Of a DNA stretch of 64,000 nt, positions 51,976 through 64,000 are shown piece after piece. Below the pieces are notes generated by a model, which ran no database searches, was not told the DNA's origin, and worked only from the letters and a program-made list of their open reading frames with translations. The DNA comes from Vicugna vicugna (taxonomy: Eukaryota). Both the position numbers and the translations under genes were made by a program. The first letter of the stretch is position 1, and each line of letters starts with the position of its first letter. Location: contig MU058781.1 in the NCBI GenBank assembly GCA_013265495.1, positions 11,763,009 through 11,827,008 on the forward strand, given 5' to 3'.

Positions 51976-54900
51976 AAATGGGGTTATACTATATACGCTT
52001 GGATATTTTTCACAGTGATACATGTTGCAGACATTTTTCCCATGACATTGGATACTCTATGACGTAACTTTGATGGCTATGTGACATTTTGTTGTACAGA
52101 TGTACTAATAACCACTTTTCTATTGTTAGATATTAGTGGTTTCCAATTTTGGCTACTAGAAATAACGTGATGAACATTTGTTCATAAGGGTTCGCGCACA
52201 TCTATGATTATTTCCTCAGGATAAACTTTTAGAAGCGGAAATTGAGTTGCTGGAGCAAATAGTGCACAAAATTTAAAGGCTCTCATAATTTTAATTATAT
52301 GTAAATCAATACGATTTAAGAAAAAAGCAATACACTTTTATGAAGTATGTGAGTTATTTTAACAAGTATAATTAACATTTTTTTTTAGCATTTTGGTTGG
52401 ATTGTGCGCTTCATAACCCCTGGGAAAATTAAAGAACAGACTGTCCCCCAACAGTCTCAGAAAAGCAGAATTGCTAGTTTGATCCTGTTTCCAAAGACTT
52501 CACTAGGCTTTTGTGGTAATAAAGGAATTATTGCCTCATATCACACTGGCAGAGCAAGCAGTGAAATATTTATTTTGGAATATCTGCTTTCAGTCTGGCA
52601 GGGATTTGGAATTTTAAGATCTTCTCCAAAATATTTCAGAACCACAAATTAGAAAAAGCTTTGAATTAAGAATTAATTGGGCTTTTCTTTTCCCTACTGT
52701 TTGTTCAATTTTTCAAGAGAAAAAATAAGTGCTACACAGAATACGGTTAACTCTTAGTCTTGAGTGATTTTAATGTGCGCTGCTGCCTACAGGTCAGAGC
52801 CTGGACCAGACGACCTCTGGAGACCCTTTCCAACTCAGCATATAATTCTAACTTTTATGTTCAATGAGCTTTAATTTGGAGAATTTAGCACCCATTTCTC
52901 AGCCAAACCCTTTCCTCTTTACCACATGTTTTCTTTGTGCTTTAATTTTCCTTTTATACTCACAGAGGGTGTCTGTCAATCTGCCATTGTTGTAATTATG
53001 GCAGAGTTTACAGATGAGAGTTAATCTAACAGTGAAGGGGACAGGAGCAGAATGCTGAGTTCAGTGATGCTTATACAGCCATGAGCATGGAACATTCTTA
53101 GAACATTAACAAAAATGTTAAAGTCTTGTTTTAAAATCTGATGTAATATTATTATACTTGAGAATATAAGAAAAATTCTCAAATGCTTAAGCCTTAAAGT
53201 GCAAAGGCAAGGCAGTACTCCTTCTCACACAAAACCTCCTACAGGGAAGATGAAAGAAAGCCTCGCAGCTTCCTTTCCGCAAGCCCAGAACTCAACAGGT
53301 AGCTCTTGGTGAAACCAGCCACATTGCAGCTCTTCAAATGTCCATCTGAGCAGGCATAGAAGCTCTTTGGGTTCTCCCTCCTCCAGCAGAGTCTCACTGT
53401 GTAGGCTAAGCCTGATGGTCCCTCAGTGCCTAGAATCAGCACATACACTATGGAAGCAAACAGCAAATGATGATCAACTTCCTCCAGAAGACCTCTTCTC
53501 TTTCCGGAATTCCCAGTCATCTGGACCAAATGGTTCTCACAGCTCTCTGATACCTAAAAAAACCATGCTTTTGTCATTTATCCAGTTTTTCTGATTGCTG
53601 CACAGGTGCATTGTACAGCCATGACTTACTTCATTCTACTTAAACATGGAAGACCGCTTGTGGGTAACATCTTCACGTATTTAGGGTCATGGCTCAAGAA
53701 GTGGTCTTGAAATTCTACCCTCCTAGGTACTTGACCTTGGCAAATTCATTTAACATCTCTTAGGAATAATAATGGCTCCTTCTTTGGGTTCTGACATAGA
53801 TCAAGTGAAATAATATTTATACAAAGCACTTTCAAGAAAGAAAGTGATTTAAATAAAAGGCAGCCTTTTAAAAATTCATTTATTCATTCATCCAAAGACA
53901 TTTATTGAATACTTAATGTATGCCAGACATTTTGCTAGGAGCAGGTGGGAAAAAAATAGATGAATAAGACTTGGAAATATGGTCTCACAAGAAGCTCACA
54001 ATTCTAGCGGGGAAGATGAATATGAAATTCAATAATAGAAATATAATCACATAATTATAGACATAGGTAAGAGGTAAAATGACATAGAGAAAGGGATAAA
54101 TCATTATACTCTGCTGGGACAGAGAAGTTATGGAAGACTTCCCAGAGAAAGTGAGATCTTAGCTAAATCCCAGTGACTTACAAGTGAAAATTAACCCATT
54201 CTTGTAGAGATTATCAGTTGTCCACTTGCATCCACGGTCCGTTTGTTCCACAGAAGTGTCACAGTGGGACAAATAGTTACACAAATACAATACAATCTCA
54301 GCATCCCTTGCACCTGATTAAGATACGGCTGTGTCTTAGATCTCACCTAGATTTTTAAAAAAGTAATATTTACCACATGAGGGTCTTGGCCTTAAAATCC
54401 TCCGTGCTTCTTCCCTCTCTCTGACAGCTGGAAGGCAGGCATTCCTACACCCAACTTAGCCACACAGACCAGGGCAGCAGCCTCGGTGATGGTTATGCAA
54501 CGAGATGGAAGAATGACCGTGTGCATTAGACCTGCCCCACTAACTTGAGCTGCTCACCTCAAAACTGTTACATGAGAGAAAAAATAATTCCTGTTTTCTT
54601 TGAGCCATTCTATTTTGGAAACTTTGCTATACTAACTCAGTGAACCATCCCTACTCATCCTAAAGAAATACTTCTAAGAAACAATAAGAAAAAGGTGAAG
54701 GGGCCAACTAGAAAATAGGCAAAGGACATAAACAGGCAACTCATGAAGGAAGAAATGCAGATGGCCAATCAACATATGGAAACAAGTCTTCAAATTTCCA
54801 AGTAATTAAAAAAACTACACAAGAAAATAAGAAGATGCCTTCTTGCTTATCAACTGATTTCACAGCAGTTTGTTCTAGCAATTTACATCTAGGCATTTGT

Positions 54901-56884
54901 TTCGAGGGATTACTTTTCAGAATATGGGGATACATTTAGAGCTGTTAGATTATAATTTCTCTAAATCAGAATTGGAAATAATTTATATGCCGAATAGCAG
55001 ATTATTGGGTTAAATAAATTATGGTATAATGGAGTGCCGTTCCAGCGTTTAAAATGACTTAGTGGAGGCCAAAGAGGTGCCACTTGAAGGGAAAGTTATC
55101 TGGGCTGGTTGGGCAGTCACATGTGAATAACAGAATTGTGGACCCAGACCTTGGGGGCAGAAAGACATTGCAGGTGACCAGGCCTAACACAAGAAGTACA
55201 GAAAGTTTGTCATCTTTTTCCAAATCCTCATTGGAGGGAAAAGAAATTCTCTCAAAAAACAGATTCTCTGGAAATTGTGGCTATGACCTGGCAAATAAAG
55301 GAAAAATTACATGACTTAGCAGGCCTCTGCCTGGGAAATTATTCAATGATAGTTGAACACATTTGCATAGCTCCAGTGATGCTGGTTCACCACGGATAGA
55401 GAGCCCATAATAGAAACATAATGAGTATTTTTCTGAAGTTTCTCAGAACCATGAAATGATGCAAGATCTGTTCAATAGAAATCTGACTTTAAACGTGGCC
55501 TTAATGTCTAGAGGAAGTGAAGTCCAAGTGCACGTCTGGCCCTCTTTGAGCTGTGCTGAGCTTCTTATGTTCACTAACAGTTTACAGAAAGAAAAAGAAC
55601 ACATCTCACTTGGCTGCTGTGTTGTTGCCCCTTATAAAGTCATTATTCAAAAGGCGATTTGAAGGATATGTAATAATTGATTTAAACTGATTTTAGGCAA
55701 CCATTTTTAAAAGGTCAAACTCATCAGCTCATACAGAATTTGAGTCTGATAGAAATGTTGAGATTTTAAAACAATTGAAAGAACTGTGGAAATGAGAAAA
55801 TCATCTTCCTTTTCTTCCAGAACATACTGGTAATATTTATTGCAGTTGCATTGAGGGGCTTTGCCTATTAAAGAATGTTGGTTTATCCAAAATCTCTTGA
55901 AATACATGATTTCCAGAAAGCCATCTATTCTGAGACCTATGAACTATGGACAGAATCAAAACCTTTATTTAAAGCCATATAATTAAACCACCAATGAAAC
56001 ATAACAATCTACTTCACAGCAAAGTTGAAAAATATGTGAAAGAAACATTTTCAACCTCAAGGAGGTAAAAGTGCACTATGAGAAATTCCCGTGCTGAAAT
56101 GTCTAATGTTGCTTAAGAATTCTTTGTCCTTAAGCAATTCTTTGGACCGCACAAGAGTATAATTTATACTTCTATGAAAAAAAATCAAAGATATTTCATA
56201 CCAGAAATGACAAACAGCAATCACCATTAATTTGCTTGAGATTAGTATTAAATGTTTCACAAGAAAACGTTTAAATGTGTGTAGCTATTTGCTTATGTTG
56301 AAAAGTGTTTCTTATTTTTTTAAAAGCAAATGATATTAATATTTTGTTTACAGGGACATTAGGTAAGCAAAATATCATAATTATTAAGCCAATATGTGAT
56401 ATCAATAACTGTTAAAAAATGAAAACCATCATACTTCTGAAATGATCAAAGACATCCCTGAAATCAGGGTTTACATTCATATAGAATGCTGTTGAAATTA
56501 ATTTCACACAGTTTATAAAACTCAAGGATATTTTTGGTTTCTCTGATTTTCGTCAGAATCAACATGTCATGAGTGTGTGTATGTATGTGACAGAAAGGAG
56601 GTGAAAATTACTTTGCAGATTCTTAACTTGAAAAGTTTATGGATTTAGCTAATTTGTATTCACCTTTCTACGTTTGCAGATTCCTAATATCTTTAGTTCT
56701 GTTTCAGTTGTTTCTTTTATTTGAATAAATTCACTATGTATATGTCCTGCTTTTTAAAAAAAATAGACTTTCTGGAAGTACATTTATCTACACTGAAAGA
56801 TCATCATGGTATATTAAGGGGAAATATCAGGCTATGAGCTCATCTTTGTGAAGTACGTAAGTGTAGAAAAGAAGTCAACAGATA

Positions 56885-57045
56885 CTAGTTGCACAGAAGG
56901 ATCACCTGGGAAGCTTTTGAAAATCCAATGACCAGACCCCACCTCAGTTGGACTGAGTCAGAATCTCTGGGTGAGAACTGCAGGTACCTACTTCAGAAGC
57001 TCCCCAGGTGATGCCAGTGTATAGCCAAGGTTGAGAATTGCTAGT
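56885..57045. mobile_element. MER5A-like DNA transposon
   Basis: atcacctgggaagctttt...ccagaccccacctcag...actgagtcagaatctctggg...aagctccccaggtgat...gccaaggttgagaa. Confidence 0.8.
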
Positions 57046-57209
57046 TTAGAAATACACACACTCACAGTAGGTCTACCTGTGATGTGAATTATGGGAAATT
57101 ATATACTCTTTTTTGCTTATTTGTGTTATCTGCAATAAACATGAACATTTTCTACAAGAAACATGTTGTGTGCATGTAACTTTTGAAAAGCAATAAAAAT
57201 TGGTAGGAA

Positions 57210-57360
57210 GGATAGTGGAGGGATGAGAGGAAGGGAAAAGGCAGGGAGAGAAAGAAAGGAAAGAAAAGGAAGAAAGGAAAGAAAAGAAAGAAAAGAAAGG
57301 AAAAAAAGAAAGAAGAAATAAAGAGAGAAAGAAAGAAAGAAAAGAAACAAAAGGAAAGGT
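57210..57360. repeat. GA-rich low-complexity repeat
   Basis: (GAAA/GGAAA)n degenerate run. Confidence 0.9.
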
Positions 57361-58563
57361 TTTAATTACATTTGACCCTGCAGCACACAAGAAAGACTCG
57401 AGGGAACAGGAGGAGAAACATACTCAGTGTCCTGCTGTCCTCACGAGTGGCTAAAAAATGGTTCTGAGCATAAGACTGAGTTGCAGGAGTTATCATCTAC
57501 TGAGTCTCTATCATGTGTCAGTGCTTTATTTTTTATCCCATTTAATCCCAGTACCTACCCAGCAGGGGTGATTGGTCATCTTTCTTTCACAGATGGGGAC
57601 ACTGACTCTCAGAGAGGTGACATGATGCGCTGAGTCCAGTATTCGAATACTGCGTGAGCCCAAGCCCCGACCCCCATCCTAAACTCACCTTCTGTGATGA
57701 GGAAGAGGAAGTGGCTGGGCACAAGGTAATCTTCCTTTGTGTGTCTAACAGCTGTGAATCTTTCTTGTTTTTTAACTTTTATGGAGAATTGATACCTTTT
57801 CAAAGCTTTTTAAGTGTCACTTCTTCTGCCAAGACCCACCTCCCGTTGCTAACCCTTGGATGTCCACAGATTCTTCATGGGGCTAAGCTTCACACATGAC
57901 TTTGTTGGACAAATTGTCTTGACCTTCTACTGAGGAACTGCCATTTCCTATTTATGTCCCAACAATACATCAAAAACCTACCCAGGTTCCTCTGTAAACG
58001 CGGCTGGGCCAGGGTATCGTCACCGTGTCCTAAATGCACAAATCGTGCTGTCAGCCAGCACGATTTGACAGCGCCAGCAGTTAATAAATGACAAAAAGAA
58101 AAAGAGGATCTAAATGGCAAAAGTTACCAAAGCCAGAGAGAGCTGGGCAAGAGAAAGATATCACTTAGACATGTCAGCTCTAATAAGTAAATTAATCACG
58201 TAAAATAGTACGTCAATCAAATTTTTTAAAAAAATGAACCCATGGAGCCCAACTCTCATTTTCACATGCTTTTTAATGCCAGTGCTATCCACTTCTACAT
58301 TTCAGTAGAATGTTTTAGATTAAGAGGAAAATTTTAAGTTTAAAACGAGAGCATTCTAACTTCTTCCTGACTTTGTTCTTTATTACCTCCTCCTAGTTCC
58401 CATTAGATAATATCAAATCCAATTAAAATTCACCTTATTTATTGGCTTACTTTTTAAATTTATTGCTTGGTAACCCCGAGTAACTTAAGAGCATAGGGGA
58501 AGCCCAAGTAACCTCTAAGACAGGGCTGGTTTACTTGTTCAGATAGTCTCAAATGCTCAAGAT

Positions 58564-59374
58564 TGTGTCTGGTACTTTGGCCGTAAGCATCTTAACACCG
58601 TAGCTAATTTTGCTGCAAGGATTTTCACTACATAACTCACTAGCCATGAGGCAGTTTTGTCGTAAAAGATAAAATAAAAGAAAAACTTAAAGAGGGGCAT
58701 TAAAAAAGGATATGATAAAACATGAGAAATGAATAATTTAAAAAAACTATTGCAAAATGCCAAATATTTGAATACATTTAAAATATGTGTAGATTCATCG
58801 CATGTGGGTTGTGTTTAAGCATTTGACCTGTAAGTCTTTTGTTCAGAGTATTTATATACATTTGTTTTTTACTTGCTGATTTTTTCTCCTCATTCTCCTC
58901 ATTTTCTTTTTCGCTAAAATTTATTTCTTCATTGAGTTTCCAAACGCTAGGATGCATATTTGTAAGTGAGCTTCGTACTGCAATGTAAAAGCGTCTGCTC
59001 CATTTTTTGCTGTATGTTGTACTTGGCATATTGTCATGTGTCTGTTGATAGACATGGCAGTTTTATGAGAAATGTGGGTTCCTTTAACTCTTATCCTCTT
59101 TCCCCTCCAATGTAGGAGGAGGAAATAAGAAACCAATTCTTGGAGCAAATCATCACCAGCTGTCAGCTCAATAAAGCTATCAAGAGCATCACTAACTGGA
59201 AGAAATAACATGCTTCAACTCACTGAAACCAAATTGTCAAACCCAACTGTTGACCTATCATGGCAGAATTGCTTTACAGTGAATTAGTTACACTGCAGAA
59301 ACGTTTGCAGCAAAAATGCTTGGGGGCAAAGATGTCTAATGGCAAAGATGTTTATGGGGAAAGTACCTAGAACC
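58564..59374 (-). mobile_element. Mutator-like (MULE, Ricksha-like) DNA transposon, internally deleted, with transposase C-terminal remnant
   Basis: Imperfect TIRs (ggtactttggccgtaagcatctt vs reverse complement ggtactttccccataaacatctt), subterminal ggcaaagatg repeats, 9-bp TSD-like gctcaagat/gcttaatat; minus-strand peptides LFLPVSDALDSFIEL..DDLLQELVSYF and HPSVWKL. Confidence 0.75.
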
Positions 59375-61044
59375 GCTTAATATGACGTCTTCAACCAACT
59401 GGTCTTCCCTTTGATCACAAATGACGTGTGTCTTCCCAGTGGCTTTCCTTGAACAGGACGGTATGAAGGAGAGAATATTAGCTCTGGAGTCAGGCTGTTC
59501 TGAGTTCGAATGCTGGCATGACTATTGATTATGTGAGCTTGATAAAGTTGTTTAATTTCTCTGAGCCTTAGTTTCTACTGTTTTCAAAGTTGGGATAAAA
59601 ATTTTCTCATGTTCTTCTTAGGAAAATTTCAAGGGTGAATACATATCACTTGCCTGACCCAGTGCTTAATACAGGATAAGCACCTGACAAATGTTATCTC
59701 ATACCCATATTTGATTACTGTTAATCATTGCTCCCAACCCACTCCTGCTTTCAGCATATTATTATCACAATTGTGGTTCTCTCTGGATACCTACTGTGTC
59801 CTCCAGGAGATTATACTCACTGGCAGTGGGGATGATGCCTGATCTTTTATAAAGAGCGTGTAAGCCGGAGCTCCAGCGATGGGCAATAACCCATGTGCTC
59901 ACCTAACCAACCTTTCAACCAGGCATAATTTGTGTGTATGACTAGGACAGTGTTTATCGATTGGTTATTGATACCCTCTGTTTAGAAAACCTGGCAGTGA
60001 CTCTTACAATTTTTAGTTCTAGCAAGGCATTTCCCAATATTAAATAAAAACATAGAGGTTTAAAGCGTTGACTTGAGTATATATTGCGAAGCAATATTTG
60101 AAAATTTACACTCAGCTAAGGCAGAGAGTCATTTAAGAAAGGCCATTGATTTTCGGTTTGTAAACACATGAGTCTGGGCTACCCTGCAGAGCAATGCTGT
60201 GTGTGGCTCATTTGTAGATGAGACCACATCATTAAGAAAAGTTTGATGGTTTCCTGGATGGGATCCAAGACAAATTTGCCTTAGAGAGCATTTCCCCCTG
60301 AGTCTCACAGTCTTCTAGAGGCAATGTGTTATTTTGCAGTCTTGGAGGTAATTTCTGAAATGTCTGTTACCTGAAAAATGTTTACTGATCTATAATATAA
60401 AACTATGTGTGCCTTGAGGGAAAAGATCATGCCTTATTCATCTCAGCAGCCTTTGCAGATCAGAGAATACCGTGAATTCAGTAGGTGCTAAATAACTGTG
60501 GGCTGAGTTAAACTAATCAAGGCTGGTATGTTTGAGGGCAGAAAGAATTATTGGAATGAAGATATACTTTTCTTTCCACATTTTGATTTAAAAGGTGATT
60601 CTTATGATCTTTATTGCAGCTAAGAGTCAGTCATGAGCTCAAGCTGATCTCTGTCAAGGCTGGGATAATTTCCACCAGTTTGAAAGCTTGTTAATTATGT
60701 GTGGAGGTTTGGATGTAGTTGTGCATATTTCAAGTCAAAGTCCTCCTAAATATTCTCACCTGTGAATATTTCTCCCCTACTTTCTGTCTTCAGTTTCAAT
60801 CACTCAAAAATACAAACAGGGTTTAAGTCAACCTGTAAAACTGTGAACTATAAACTGGTTTTTGGAAAAGACAGACTTCTCTGTTTATGCACCAAAATAA
60901 TGGGATGGTCAAACAACGTTTCAAATGGGAGTCATCACCTGTTGTAGAGATCACTTTAAGGAGTTAGCCAAACATCCAATTTGGTCAACTGGTCAAAAAG
61001 GTCAATGAGATATATTACTAATTATTGTGTTGTCCTGTGGCTGT

Positions 61045-61079
<35 letters not shown>

Positions 61080-64000
61080 GCCAAGAGTGAGGGAATAGTT
61101 ACTGCCTCTTGAATTAGTGAAAATATAAAAAGCTATGATATTCGATGCCAATAAAGCTTTAGTAAAACTGGCTCTCTCAGGCACTGCTGACAGCAACAAA
61201 AATGATACCTTTCTGGAAAGCAATTTGGGGGAAGCCATAAAAAAATTTCCTAGCTTCTGTTTCAGACTTCTGGGATTTTATCCTGAGAAACTTGTCCAAA
61301 CATGAGCAAAAACTATCTGTATGAACATGTCCATCACAACATAATTCATACTGGCAGAAAATGAGAAGTGACAACAGGGCAATATTTAAGGCAGTTACAA
61401 TATATCTCCTCTATGGAATGTTAATTTCAAGAACAATTATGAACTCCACAGCAATGTAGAAAACTGCTTGGACAATGTTGAACTCAGAAACAAAAATTGT
61501 AAAATATGAAGTTTTGTTGTGTTCTAGCAACAAATATGTAATCAGTGCACATATTTCAAAAAAAGTAGCCAAAGATAGATAAAAAATGGTGACAGTTGCT
61601 TTGTTAGAAATAGTGCATCCTGAGAGTATAGAGAAATTGGAAGTATTTTCTATTTCCCAAATATTGACTATTATGGTTATATTTAGTAAGTTAAAAATAC
61701 AAAATAAGATCTTCAGAGAAGAAAATTAACTACCTTTTCCTGTTTCTTCTTTCAATAAGAAACAGGTGTCAGTGAAATCTTCCTTAAATCCAGACCACAT
61801 TTCTCATGCTGTGGCTGAAGTATATTTTTTCTTGGAATTAAGATGTCCATCCTCTGTATTTGTTATTTTTGCCAAGGGCACTATAGTTCCATGATAAAGT
61901 TTTTTTGTTTGTTTCAGTTCTATTTCCTTGAGGTTGCATGCAAGTATATTTGGAACAGGAAGTTTAAATTATCAATGTGTATTTATGTATTTAACCTAAT
62001 AAACAACTTTCTTTTGAAGGCTTATTCGATCGCTGGCTTGTTATGCTACAATGTAATGGCTGTGCATGTAATTCTAAAGTTCCCTGGTTGTTGTCTAGCC
62101 TCTCTGAGGGCTTACCATTCTAAAGAGGAAAGCACAAACTAGTCGCATTTAAGATTAAGCCAGGAACATGGCCTTCCTTGTATGAGAATGTCCTTCTCAA
62201 TTCCAAGGAAAAGAAACGGATGTTATTTCAGCTTTCCTCATGTGATTTAAAAAAAACAAAACACCAAACTTTTATGGTTGTACACAGGAACGTTACCAAG
62301 CTCCCTCTTTCCTTTTGGGTTGTGGAAACTTGAGCTATATTTGAGCAAAACGAAAATATCCAAGATCTTATCCTTCGGGATCCATTCCCATGCTGGCATT
62401 TGCTATGTCGCCCATGGATGTATCTGTAGTTCTACAGAAAAACGTACCTACTAGTGATGGTTAAAGTCATATTCCTCGGCAGTCACTTGTGCACCAATAT
62501 TGTGTAATTAAGAATCTGGGTTTAAGTACTAGCTCTTTGTGACTTACTAGTTGCATGCCTTCTTAACAAAACAAAACAAAACAAAACAAGAAGCTCTCAT
62601 TTCCTATTCCCTGTTAGTCAAAGTGAATAAGATTACCTAATGGGGATGAATTTTTACAACTGCAATGATAAGTGTTGGTGGATTTTTTTAAAAGTGTTTT
62701 ACGATGAAGTGCTCTGTGATGTAAAAGGTATTATGTAATTGTATGTATATATTAGTATGTGTGTATCCAAGACATGACTAATAAGATGATGGTTATACGA
62801 TTGATTGTCAAGGAAATATGCTTGTTTAGCCTGACTATGAATCAGCCACAGATCTTAAACATCTCAGCAGTTGCTGACTATAAGTCTATGTGGGTCATAG
62901 AAGTCGTAGGTTTTCTCATCGCCTTTCTTTCTTGAACAGTATTTGTAAAATTACAAGAACCCTTAGCCTAGAGTATCTCAACTATCACACAGTGAACAGA
63001 TACTAAGTGTGTTAACATCTTGAGCCCTCAGGGCAGCCAGGTAGGGCCTGGCAATGTACTGGGGGCCCTAGAAACACCTCTTCTTAATGAGAGGTGCTTT
63101 ATCTGTTTACGACAGTGTGCTGGACAAATAAAACCATGTTCTATGTGTGCATGTCAGGAAGAGGGTTGGGAAGCCCTGGGATACAGCTCAGCCTCATTGG
63201 TGATCATTCGTGCACTCAGGTAGTATACTTCTATGACTTTGACTTTGCATTAGCTCCCTTTCTAGCTTTTCCTATTTTGCTGCTGTAAGTTATTCATGCT
63301 TTTCTTACAGTGTTGTCTTTTCTAAATGTGGGGAGTCCATGAACTGGAAAGTTTCTGGCAATGTCTGTATCTGCTTGGAAGTATCGTTAAAATGACCTTA
63401 GATCTGTGACCTTGAGCTAGACAAGAGGGAAAAGTCAAATCCACCCTAATCTCATTTAGGAAGCTTGGATATTTTTCAGAATAAAATTAAATCTTCAATA
63501 GGTTATTTAATGTAATCAAATAAAACAATCTCAGGGGAATTGCCAAACTGAACCAGCCTTAAGACTAATGTGTCCCTTGGACTCAGTGGACTTGGGTTGT
63601 GAATGGACCCCAGGTGGACAACCAAATCTAGACACTAGAACTTTCACAGTGTCCAGCATCTAATCAAAGATTCTCAGGCAAAGAAGCAAGAGAATGTGAC
63701 CCAAAATCAAGTAATCAAAAGAAATGTGTGTATGTGTTCATATGCACATGTGAGCAAAACAAAACCAACAAAAAAGCAAGCAAATGATAATTCTAATATT
63801 TAGGATCAAGGTATCCTTTGAGGGAGATGCAGCAAGATAGGATAAGGAAGGAACATGGAGGTAAGTATCAGTTACTGGTTGTATTCTGGCCCTTGGGTTG
63901 GATTCTGTTCATTATTTCTTTATTAAAAGAAATAAAGGATCCTGTGACTGGAACGGTGATGATGGTAATCATCAACCAGAAATTATGATTAACCCAGTTC

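Noticed and set aside
53245..53298. Possible 54-nt plus-strand exon
   Set aside because: Weak donor (gtagct) and unrecognisable peptide; insufficient support.

Overview
This is a mammalian, repeat-rich, apparently intergenic or intronic window; I recognise no host protein-coding exon. It is probably from a camelid, inferred from about 10 copies of a tRNA-Ala(AGC)-derived SINE resembling Vic-1 and the absence of recognisable ruminant Bov-type SINEs. The dominant feature is a young, 5'-complete LINE-1 on the minus strand (31458-38623) with a perfect 16-bp TSD and an intact ORF1. Its ORF2 is cut 57 codons short by a single TGG>TGA change, and its 3' end stops about 110 nt earlier than related L1 3' fragments in the window. 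The other notable items are a ~715-bp CpG-rich, TSD-flanked insert inside an old L1 endonuclease region (probable retroposed cellular transcript), a 514-bp solo ERV LTR nested in a SINE, an 811-bp Mutator-like (MULE/Ricksha-like) DNA transposon with transposase remnants, a near-consensus CTCF site and a perfect 15-bp-arm inverted repeat. The rest is old L1M, L2, MIR, MaLR and MER remnants, whose family names and boundaries were assigned by eye and are approximate. I found no convincing novel multi-gene system.
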